From positions 44,009-108,008 of the forward strand of contig CASIAI010000003.1 in assembly GCA_949372655.1 (NCBI GenBank): DNA of 64,000 nt. The letters are read 5' to 3'. The DNA is from Candidatus Poseidoniaceae archaeon (GTDB lineage Archaea > Thermoplasmatota > Poseidoniia > Poseidoniales > Poseidoniaceae). Each line of letters opens with the position of its first letter. Within the stretch, counting starts at the first letter, position 1. Positions 30,604 to 38,941 of this stretch are shown one piece after another. Both the position numbers and the translations under genes were made by a program. The notes below the pieces were generated by a model. The model worked only from the letters and a program-made list of their open reading frames with translations, ran no database searches and was not told the origin of the DNA.

Positions 30604-31047
30604 ATGGCAGAAGGTTCAGTTAATGTAGAGAGCCGTACTTCATCTCAAGATAAGAGATGGACAATAATGGCAGCATTACTTGGTACTAACACTGCTGTGA
30701 TGCTTTTCCAAGGGATCCAGCAGGAGTCTAATCCTACTGAGATTAGAGAATTTGCACTGGCGATAATCGCAGCAACATTACCATTTCAAGGAATATATTT
30801 CTTGATTTACACTTTCGTTATGGAACATGAACCCAAATTAACTGAAGAGATGAAGGATAGGCTACAGAAAGCATCCGCAGTATGCCAATTAGTTGCTTAT
30901 ATCTCACTAGTCGGTGTTGGAATGATGTGGTATAACATATCCACATATGTTGGTCTATTCTTCGTTATTTCAACTGTATTTGCGATTATCTTCATTAGAC
31001 TCGCGATGAGTCCTTACAGGATTTCTGAGTCTGAAAATTCAGATTAG
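30604..31047 (+). CDS. Uncharacterised 4-TM membrane protein
   Basis: Four hydrophobic helices. Start moved to ATG 30604. Confidence 0.7.
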   Translation: MAEGSVNVESRTSSQDKRWTIMAALLGTNTAVMLFQGIQQESNPTEIREFALAIIAATLPFQGIYFLIYTFVMEHEPKLTEEMKDRLQKASAVCQLVAYISLVGVGMMWYNISTYVGLFFVISTVFAIIFIRLAMSPYRISESENSD

Positions 31048-31340
31048 AATCCTAGGATTCCTCCAAAAAAGTCTCCAACCCAATCCAATACAGGTGGTAA
31101 TATTTTAATCATTATTCCTGTGATTGTAGCGAAAATAAGTAATAAAACCATCATAGCGACAGGCCCATATTGATTCTTATCATCCATAGCAGTTCCAAAA
31201 AACCCATCACGTTTTATTGCATTAGCAAAACTCGTAGCTTCTTCAAATTGAGGGGCACTACGTCTGGGGATTCGTTCACCTTTTCGAATCACAACATCAT
31301 TAGTCCCGGAGTCGCCCGACTCGTTCTTAGCGCCTGCCAT
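31044..31340 (-). CDS. Small protein with C-terminal membrane anchor
   Basis: AGGAGG SD before ATG 31340; polar N-terminus and hydrophobic C-terminus. Confidence 0.7.
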   Translation of the reverse strand: MAGAKNESGDSGTNDVVIRKGERIPRRSAPQFEEATSFANAIKRDGFFGTAMDDKNQYGPVAMMVLLLIFATITGIMIKILPPVLDWVGDFFGGILGF

Positions 31341-31420
31341 GAAACCTCCTGTGGTTGAAAGGTCAAGAGCATTTCCCATTTATCCGCAACTGTCATTCAC
31401 TTGTTGCATGTCGGAGATTC

Positions 31421-32014
31421 ATGGGGAGATGGAAATTTCAACCTGAGAATAATCTCATCCATTTGGCTGTTGAGGGTAGTGTAGGAGGTACTACACTTGG
31501 ACTACATTTAGCAGCAAACACAATTGAAGAAGGTGGACGAGTGTTATGGGTTGGTGAAGAAATGCCAGATAATCAAAGGTTTTCTCAGTTATTCAAACAT
31601 TTGTCTTTAATCGATGCATCACGTTTCCATGCCATGTCTTTTTCCAGTTCTTTTGACAAGGCGGTAGACGCGATTATCAGAGCTCTGAACTCCCTACCTT
31701 CAGTGAAATTGATTGTTTTAGATGACTGGTGTTCTAATTCTGGTAAAATCCCAGTAAATTTGATTAAGGAACTTGCTCGTTTATCGAAAAATGTCAGCTC
31801 AGATATACAATTATTGCTAATTAGTAAATCAACTATTGATGCTAGCGGTAAGAAAGTCGGTTCAGTATTTGCAAGAGCAGAGAAAGCAATGTCGGAACAT
31901 GGTTTTTCGATTTACTTACTGACCCGTCCAAAGGATGGCCCTAACCGAATGATTAGTTGTAATGACAATGAATTCAACTTGAAACTGACTGAAACTGGCT
32001 TTATTGATCTCTAA
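31421..32014 (+). CDS. RecA/RadB/KaiC-fold protein with degenerate Walker A
   Basis: GSVGGTTLGLHLA..GGRVLWVGEE and Walker B LIVLDD. Confidence 0.6.
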   Translation: MGRWKFQPENNLIHLAVEGSVGGTTLGLHLAANTIEEGGRVLWVGEEMPDNQRFSQLFKHLSLIDASRFHAMSFSSSFDKAVDAIIRALNSLPSVKLIVLDDWCSNSGKIPVNLIKELARLSKNVSSDIQLLLISKSTIDASGKKVGSVFARAEKAMSEHGFSIYLLTRPKDGPNRMISCNDNEFNLKLTETGFIDL

Positions 32015-32260
32015 TCAGTCTTCATCTTCGCCTAGAAGTTCAGCCATTTCATCCAATGCATCATCGTCTGGTTCATCGAACTGTTCTGGATTCAGAGCGG
32101 AACCTGGTCTTTCATCACTTCCAGCTATATTTGGTTCACTACCTTCCAAGCTATCATCACGATTCTGTTTGGCTTGTTTGAGAATAAACCACATCATTAC
32201 CAGAAATGAAATACCCAGTATGATATAGGCTACGTTCTTCGTAGTTTGTTCATCCGCCAT
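32015..32260 (-). CDS. Small single-TM protein with acidic tail
   Basis: N-terminal TM followed by a D/E-rich C-terminus. Confidence 0.65.
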   Translation of the reverse strand: MADEQTTKNVAYIILGISFLVMMWFILKQAKQNRDDSLEGSEPNIAGSDERPGSALNPEQFDEPDDDALDEMAELLGEDED

Positions 32261-32331
32261 GATGTTAATTCAAAGGTATATGATATGATTATTTCGTATT
32301 CAAATAAGATAATAATCACAAATCTAACACT

Positions 32332-33522
32332 TTAGTTCCACTCGAGAGGCTTGGTTAAGTGCCTTCTCGAATTCAATGGTGCTTGAACCCAATTTGTTGT
32401 TGGTGCCTCTCTAGTGATTTCATTCCATTTCAATTCAGACTTGTCTCTACATTTCGGACATCTTACCGGCTGGTTTTGACCCATTGATTTCATTTTCACA
32501 TTACATTTTTGACAGAGTGGTCGTACCTTTTTATTTACTGTTGAATCTATGCGCAATCTCTCCAAATGAATCGCCCCATCATGATTAATTAAGCCATTAA
32601 AACTAATTCTATCACCACTTTCCAGCCATTGTGCTAGTTTTTTGATATCTCCTGATTCTGAAAATGCTAGTAGTTTATGTTCTTGACAATTGATTACAAC
32701 CGTTCCTCTAGATAGTATATCGGTATCTTTCACGATATCTGATAAATTTTCCTCAAGGTGGTCATCACTCGCTTGATTAGTAGTAAAGATACGCATCCCT
32801 GAATTATCTTCGGTATTTCTAGAGTCCAAAAGATATTGTGCGGCATTCTTAGCAACTTGATATTTCCTTGCTCTAATTCCAAACAGAACAGGGCAAGGCC
32901 CCCTTGGAGCAATCATACTATTTCCTGTTCTTGGGTCTCTTGACATGAAGGTATATTCCATTTCATCGATATCTTGTAATCTTTGGACATCAATTTCCCT
33001 TGCTTTCTCAATTCCAGTATTGGTTTCAGTTCTCCATCCAATGGCTTCATAAGTCACCATTTTTTTATCCCAAGCGATCGCCGCAGTTGCACCAATTTTT
33101 CCTTGGCCACCCCATGACTTTTCTGCTAAAGGAATATCTTCTATATTTACTTCTTTTCTTGCAGTATTGTAATAGAACTCTGCAGATGGTAGGCTTCTAG
33201 AAAACCAAATCATACCTGGGTCTGCTGGAAATTGCTGTCTGTCATAGTTTTCCGAAGAAGAGATTTCTCCAGCTAAAGGTAAAATATTATCTTTCCACCA
33301 TGTATCGAGGTGGTTCAATAATTTCTTTTCATCAGTACAGATTAGTTCGACTGCTACCGAAGCATTACCCCTGGTTCTTTGTTTCGCAAAAGGCCAAAGC
33401 CTCACCAGTCTTAGTTCTCCAACTTCAATATTTTTAGGAAGGCCTTTGATTAGGATATCCAGAGTTTTTGTTGTACAACCTCCACCCAAGTGGTCGGTAT
33501 CATCTAATCCTAACCACCCCAT
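32332..33522 (-). CDS. tiaS: tRNA(Ile2) agmatinylcytidine synthetase TiaS
   Basis: GLDDTD..GGCTT, LVRL, RTRGN, GKIGA, PCPVLFGIR, TNQASDDH, C-terminal Zn ribbon, RRHLTKP. Confidence 0.93.
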   Translation of the reverse strand: MGWLGLDDTDHLGGGCTTKTLDILIKGLPKNIEVGELRLVRLWPFAKQRTRGNASVAVELICTDEKKLLNHLDTWWKDNILPLAGEISSSENYDRQQFPADPGMIWFSRSLPSAEFYYNTARKEVNIEDIPLAEKSWGGQGKIGATAAIAWDKKMVTYEAIGWRTETNTGIEKAREIDVQRLQDIDEMEYTFMSRDPRTGNSMIAPRGPCPVLFGIRARKYQVAKNAAQYLLDSRNTEDNSGMRIFTTNQASDDHLEENLSDIVKDTDILSRGTVVINCQEHKLLAFSESGDIKKLAQWLESGDRISFNGLINHDGAIHLERLRIDSTVNKKVRPLCQKCNVKMKSMGQNQPVRCPKCRDKSELKWNEITREAPTTNWVQAPLNSRRHLTKPLEWN

Positions 33523-33526
33523 ATTC

Positions 33527-34201
33527 TCACCTAATCGGATTAAAATCATCGCCTTGATCATTTTCATCTATTATTCTATGGGATACTGAACTGATTCCAA
33601 TTGATTCTGGTACTTTGAATAATCGGGCGCCTACAGCCCACCCTGCACCCATGTCACTATTTCTATCCCCGACTAATAAATCGAGTTCATGCTTTGGTTG
33701 AACCTTATCTTTCCACCAATTAACTGGCTTATAATTTGAATCTAATCCCATAATTTCTTGTTTCGAGTTAGGAATAAATTCTTCTCGGCCACGTAATATT
33801 CTATCTGCAAGGTTTAACATTCCAGGATTTGGCTTACGGCAATTACAGTTATCTCTATGTCTGTGAGGACAGGTAACAATCATATCGAAGTGAGCATCAC
33901 TATCCATTTGTAAAAACATTTGACGTAATCTTTGATGAATCAAATAAAGTTGATTCTCGTCCCATAAACCACGCATTATCGGAGATTGATTTGTCACAAT
34001 ACAGACCTGAAAGCCTGATCTTTTCAAATTACCAACGGCTTCAGGCGCACCCTCGAGTATTATCAAATCTTCAGGTTTATTGATGTATGACGAACTTCCA
34101 ATGTTCAGTACACCATCTCTATCAATGAATGCTATAGCACCATTGCCGGCAATTCCTTCAGGAAAAACCCCGGGACTATATTCAACAACAGGTCCCCGCA
34201 T
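33527..34201 (-). CDS. HAD-IIIA phosphatase (GmhB/HisB-N-like)
   Basis: FIDRDGVLN, VTNQS, CPH..CNCRKPNPGM, VGDRNSD. Confidence 0.88.
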   Translation of the reverse strand: MRGPVVEYSPGVFPEGIAGNGAIAFIDRDGVLNIGSSSYINKPEDLIILEGAPEAVGNLKRSGFQVCIVTNQSPIMRGLWDENQLYLIHQRLRQMFLQMDSDAHFDMIVTCPHRHRDNCNCRKPNPGMLNLADRILRGREEFIPNSKQEIMGLDSNYKPVNWWKDKVQPKHELDLLVGDRNSDMGAGWAVGARLFKVPESIGISSVSHRIIDENDQGDDFNPIR

Positions 34202-34253
34202 GTAACGGCCAGTGTTAGATTATTGAAGTGATTTGTCCTTGTAGATACAAGCG

Positions 34254-34259
34254 TTCAAG
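34254..34259 (+). promoter_or_regulatory. Putative TATA-equivalent TTCAAG
   Basis: 24 nt upstream of archaeosortase ATG 34284. Confidence 0.5.
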
Positions 34260-34283
34260 TCAAGTTAATATTTGCACACATAT

Positions 34284-35201
34284 ATGGAGCAACAGTCTAT
34301 TATCGCCATAATTGGTGCTATTGGATTAGTTATGTTGGCATTATCGTGGCATTACAGGAAGTCAAAAAATCCACTTTTAGCACAAATCGGCTGGATTTTG
34401 GTATCCTTGTATTTCTTTGCTGGTTCTTGGAAATACTTTTCTCATCAAGATTATATTCTAACCGTTATGTGTATGCTTGCTTTACCATTGGGAATTGGAA
34501 TGTCGATTTGGGAAGGTAGAGTACAAGACGGTAAGACCAGAGATGCTTTGATTTGGTCTAGAGGTGCTATGGCATATGCTGGAGGACCCTATCTACTCAT
34601 TGCTCATGTACCTTGGCTTAGTGTTCTAGCGATATGGTTTGTCGCCTCTCAAGTAGCTCTATTTTACAGAATTTCCGGAACCGGTGATATTCACTTAGGA
34701 GAAACATGGGTTCAAACTGAATCTGGAAGAGTTAATTGGGATTCATGGGATGGAAGTAGATGGTTTAGTACAGAAACATTCGGAGAGTTTCCTTACCAAA
34801 CAGAATTGGTTACTGGAGATGGTTCATTGATTGGAATAAACTTCGTTCTTGCATGTACTGCATTACAATCAATGGTAATTTTTATCGGGGCGATATCGGT
34901 ATTAGACTTGGACTGGCGCCGTAGAATTAGAGCACTTATTTTCACAGTTCCTGTAATTCACATATTGAATATTTTTCGAAATGTCGGACTGATCTGGATG
35001 CATCAAACATATACATCTTGGAGTTATTTTGGGATGTCAGTATTCGAATTTGGACATAACTATGCATCGAGGTTCGTATCACTATTTGCGATGTTCTTTA
35101 TGGCACTAATAATGTTTGAAATTCTTCCCGAGTTACATAGGCATATAGTTAGGCTTCTCAAGCCACTTAGACTTTTACAACCCAAAGGTAAGAAGACTTA
35201 G
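34284..35201 (+). CDS. artA: Archaeosortase (ArtA-like)
   Basis: Multi-TM protein with catalytic LACTALQS, LNIFRN and GHN. Confidence 0.85.
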   Translation: MEQQSIIAIIGAIGLVMLALSWHYRKSKNPLLAQIGWILVSLYFFAGSWKYFSHQDYILTVMCMLALPLGIGMSIWEGRVQDGKTRDALIWSRGAMAYAGGPYLLIAHVPWLSVLAIWFVASQVALFYRISGTGDIHLGETWVQTESGRVNWDSWDGSRWFSTETFGEFPYQTELVTGDGSLIGINFVLACTALQSMVIFIGAISVLDLDWRRRIRALIFTVPVIHILNIFRNVGLIWMHQTYTSWSYFGMSVFEFGHNYASRFVSLFAMFFMALIMFEILPELHRHIVRLLKPLRLLQPKGKKT

Positions 35202-38200
35202 TTAGTACTTAGTCCATTCATCTGTAGGATTACTTCGTGTCCATTTGACACCACTATTGATTGGATACTCGATAGATTCATTTCCATCCATTCCAATCAT
35301 TCCCATAATTTGTTTTGGTGGAGCATCAATATTTATTTCAGCATTTAATAAATCTTCAAATGAAGTCATCTGTACCTGTTGTTGATTAACCATTTCAGGC
35401 ATGCTTATCTCTTGACTTTGTGGTTGTATAACGGAAACAGGTGCCTGTTCCATAGTGCTCGTTGTAGATTGATAAATTGGATTATTTGACTCAATGTCTT
35501 GACTGACTGGCTGAGGTAGTTCAGGTTCTTGCATTCCAAGCATAGTCTCAGAGAAATCGAAATTCTTATCATTTTCCCATTCATTAGATTTCAAGTTGCT
35601 TCTATTACCTCTAGCAAAAACAAATAGTAACCCAAGTAGTCCTATGAACACCACTGCTCCAACAGAGTATATCACATCATTAGCAACACTAGGTGCAATA
35701 TCAGCGTTATCACCTACGCCATCACCATCAGTATCTTTTGATTCATCAGGGTTATTAGGGAATTCATCTTCTGAATCAGGTACTCCATCTCCGTCACCGT
35801 CAAATGCATCAAACTCAGTATCGCAGATTAGGGCAGTTACTTCGACTTCAGTCTGTGATATTCTTTGGTCAGAGTTAGTATCCATTCCTAAGAAATTATA
35901 ATTATTCTCATAGATTTGTGAACTTAGTAACTCAATTGATACAGGACCGTTACCACTTGACAACTGATCGAAAACTATCCAAAGTTCATTACCACAGCTA
36001 CAAGTTTCTTGTAATAATTCATTAAATTCTATTTCTCCATCAGAATTTAAGTCAACAGAGACAAATTCATAATTATCTATTTCCAAATCCGAATTATTGA
36101 ATTCATTTCCATCTATAATTCCATTTGAATCAGTATCTGTTTCTTTCATAATTATGTTTGCAACATCTCTACAAGATTCTTCAACTGATGGTTCTTCAAT
36201 AGGTTCATTATCAATTGGCTCAAGGAAATCAGAGTATACCCAATTGGCAACTATTGTGACATCTGAAATATCTGTTAAAGCATCCAAAACTATGTCAATT
36301 CGACCGTTGGCTGGTAAATCTATGTATACACTTTGAGAGGTACCTTCACCGGAAGATTTGATTTCAAAATCTTCGCTACTGGTATCGGGTACACTAGGTC
36401 GTTGTCTTCCCATATCGTCTTGATCTAATTCAAAATCAAAGAAGCCATCGAATCCAAATAATATTCGCTTACCTTCTACATTTAGAGATAGTTCACCATT
36501 TCCGCCATAAGTAGAGATTTCAAGATATTCTCCAGGCTTTTCCAAATTCAGGAAGAAGAATAAGTTCTCACCTTCTGGTGCTTCAATTCCAATTATTTCT
36601 TCACCGTTGAACATTTCAATAGGTGTTCCATCATATGACCACACATATCGGTCCTCGAATGAAGCAGTAATCATGACTGAACCAAATACTTGTTCTGTTT
36701 CTAATAGTATGTACCACATTCCCGGAGTAGGGTCATTGAAACCGATTTTATCACCAGCCCCAGGGCTAGAAGAAAGATGGGTAAAATCCGATGAGGTTGG
36801 AGCTTGTTCAATTTTCATAAACATTGATGCTTCTCCAAATCCTTTGGATAGGTCTACTTCCAGTCTTTCAGTTCCTGTTGGCACGTCAATTTTGAAGAAT
36901 TGCATCAATCCATCATATCCGCTAAGGGGTCCATACTCAATACCAGGCAAGAGTTCTATTGCATCTTCTGGTTCGATATTTTCAGGCTGGTAAGTGAGTT
37001 GTGAAACTATTGTAAAATCTATAGCATTTTGATAGGTATATGCAGCGACATAGTAAATACCAGGCTGGACGTCATACAGAGTCACAACTTGTTCATTACC
37101 TTGGCCACCATCCCATGCTACTTTTTCAACCATTTCACTTTGCTCTGTTGAACCTTCATCCTCGAATATTCCGGGGAAGAATCCAAAGTTATCAAATGGG
37201 TCGGGAACAGTTCCCCAAGAAATACCTAAGTCGATATTTCCAGTACCGCCATATGTCTTAACAGTAAGTGATGATAGGTTTTCTTTAACATCAACATAAT
37301 AGTAAAGTATTTTTTCTTCAAGAGGTTTTTGCCTACCGCCAGTTATTTTCTGATCTGTCACCGGTATAGAATTGAATAGTTCAGTCATATCCTCAAGAGG
37401 TGGAGGCGGGTCTGCGACCTCCCAATCTAGGAAGATTGTCAGAGATGTTACTTCGGCCAAAGGCACTACTACGAACCACCATGTCCCTGTATCGGGCCAT
37501 TGCCACTCTTCAAAAATAAAGCCCCAATCAGTTTCCAGTTTGGCGTCATAAGTCCAAGAATTAGGGATATATTCATGTCCGACATATATCTCATATTGAC
37601 TAGGATTTTGGTCGAACCAGAAATCTTCAAACTCACTAAATACATTTAGATATGCGACCTTTGTCATTTCATCAACTTCTGCAAAGAATACTAACTGGTC
37701 TCCAGTCATACCTGAAATTCCTGTAACTTCTTCCCCATTGAAAAGTTGTATTGCTTGAGTTACAATACTCCCATCGGGCATAACCCATGAAGCACCGTTG
37801 ATAGTGGCAATACGACTTGAATAGTCTACTGTAACTGAACCTTCACCTTCTTGAAATTGCCAATTAGATTCATTGGCAGCATTTCTGAATACTACATCAT
37901 CAAGCATTCCCATGAAGTAGTTACAATCACACCCTGCACCCATTCTTCCGATGTATAACTCGTCACATTCAAGACCATCTTGGAAGCAACTATTGGACCC
38001 AAAATCTCCTACAGGTATTGTCGCATTATCTGCATCAAATGTTCCTGCAGGAATTCCATCGATGAAAAATTCACCATATGAATTCTCTTCAACAACTACT
38101 TTGACATTAGTCCAATTATTTTCGGTAATGGAAATATTAGATACTGGATTTTTAGACATAGAATATTCGTTTGAATATACGACATATCCGTTGTTTATGT

Positions 38201-38888
38201 ATAGTCCCCAACCATAATCTCCGACCATTGTAATGAAACTTATTCCGTTAGTATCTGGCATGTTAATCATTGCTTCAATTTCTAAATGACCTTCCCAATC
38301 GGGTAATTCTTCCTCGCTGATAATGAAATCATCAATGCCGTCAAACCTCAATGCATAGTCTGCACCAGGTCCAATTTCTACCACTCCATATACTGGGAAA
38401 TATTGTGGGTCATTCTCTAGGTCATTCCAACTTCCAGGCATGATATTTCCCATGTTAGTGCTTGCAATATGAACATAATCTTCATCCCCTCCTGAAGAAG
38501 GCTGGTCTTGACCCCAATTTCTGTAATAGAATGGAGTTCCATCATGCCACTTGTAAAAACCTTCTTCATCATAGTCAGATAATCCTGTCCAAAGGTGGCG
38601 GGATTGTTCATCGAAATCAGCGAATGTATCGAATATCCAGTTATTTTCCTCTATATCATCAATAGTGGTTAAAAATCCATCCAGACCTCTTGCAGCAGAT
38701 GCAGAATCTTCCCAAGAAGCTGCACTAAGTAGATGATAAGTATTATTATTTTCAGGATTTATAGCAGTATGTAATATTATTATCTCATCGCTTTCTTCAG
38801 CGCTGACATTTGAAGATAAAGGAGTTAACAAAGATATCAGAAATAGTCCAATAATCAAACACGCCTTGCTGCGATAACTATAGTTCAT
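35202..38888 (-). CDS. Large membrane-anchored surface protein: C-type lectin, LamG, PPC repeats, EF-hands, TSP3, TM, cytoplasmic tail
   Basis: Signal peptide; LWTGLSD..EG..KW, NWG.DQP, WND; ALRFDGIDD..GMLDDV; PPC-like repeats; DTDSNG/DLNSDG; DGDGDGVPD..D.FP; TM near the C-terminus. Confidence 0.8.
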   Translation of the reverse strand: MNYSYRSKACLIIGLFLISLLTPLSSNVSAEESDEIIILHTAINPENNNTYHLLSAASWEDSASAARGLDGFLTTIDDIEENNWIFDTFADFDEQSRHLWTGLSDYDEEGFYKWHDGTPFYYRNWGQDQPSSGGDEDYVHIASTNMGNIMPGSWNDLENDPQYFPVYGVVEIGPGADYALRFDGIDDFIISEEELPDWEGHLEIEAMINMPDTNGISFITMVGDYGWGLYINNGYVVYSNEYSMSKNPVSNISITENNWTNVKVVVEENSYGEFFIDGIPAGTFDADNATIPVGDFGSNSCFQDGLECDELYIGRMGAGCDCNYFMGMLDDVVFRNAANESNWQFQEGEGSVTVDYSSRIATINGASWVMPDGSIVTQAIQLFNGEEVTGISGMTGDQLVFFAEVDEMTKVAYLNVFSEFEDFWFDQNPSQYEIYVGHEYIPNSWTYDAKLETDWGFIFEEWQWPDTGTWWFVVVPLAEVTSLTIFLDWEVADPPPPLEDMTELFNSIPVTDQKITGGRQKPLEEKILYYYVDVKENLSSLTVKTYGGTGNIDLGISWGTVPDPFDNFGFFPGIFEDEGSTEQSEMVEKVAWDGGQGNEQVVTLYDVQPGIYYVAAYTYQNAIDFTIVSQLTYQPENIEPEDAIELLPGIEYGPLSGYDGLMQFFKIDVPTGTERLEVDLSKGFGEASMFMKIEQAPTSSDFTHLSSSPGAGDKIGFNDPTPGMWYILLETEQVFGSVMITASFEDRYVWSYDGTPIEMFNGEEIIGIEAPEGENLFFFLNLEKPGEYLEISTYGGNGELSLNVEGKRILFGFDGFFDFELDQDDMGRQRPSVPDTSSEDFEIKSSGEGTSQSVYIDLPANGRIDIVLDALTDISDVTIVANWVYSDFLEPIDNEPIEEPSVEESCRDVANIIMKETDTDSNGIIDGNEFNNSDLEIDNYEFVSVDLNSDGEIEFNELLQETCSCGNELWIVFDQLSSGNGPVSIELLSSQIYENNYNFLGMDTNSDQRISQTEVEVTALICDTEFDAFDGDGDGVPDSEDEFPNNPDESKDTDGDGVGDNADIAPSVANDVIYSVGAVVFIGLLGLLFVFARGNRSNLKSNEWENDKNFDFSETMLGMQEPELPQPVSQDIESNNPIYQSTTSTMEQAPVSVIQPQSQEISMPEMVNQQQVQMTSFEDLLNAEINIDAPPKQIMGMIGMDGNESIEYPINSGVKWTRSNPTDEWTKY

Positions 38889-38912
38889 CAGTATGTCGTA
38901 CTGGTAATCCAA

Positions 38913-38918
38913 TTTGAA
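38913..38918 (-). promoter_or_regulatory. Putative TATA-equivalent TTCAAA
   Basis: 24 nt upstream of surface-protein ATG 38888. Confidence 0.5.
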
Positions 38919-38941
38919 CGTATTGGATAAATGATTTTACA

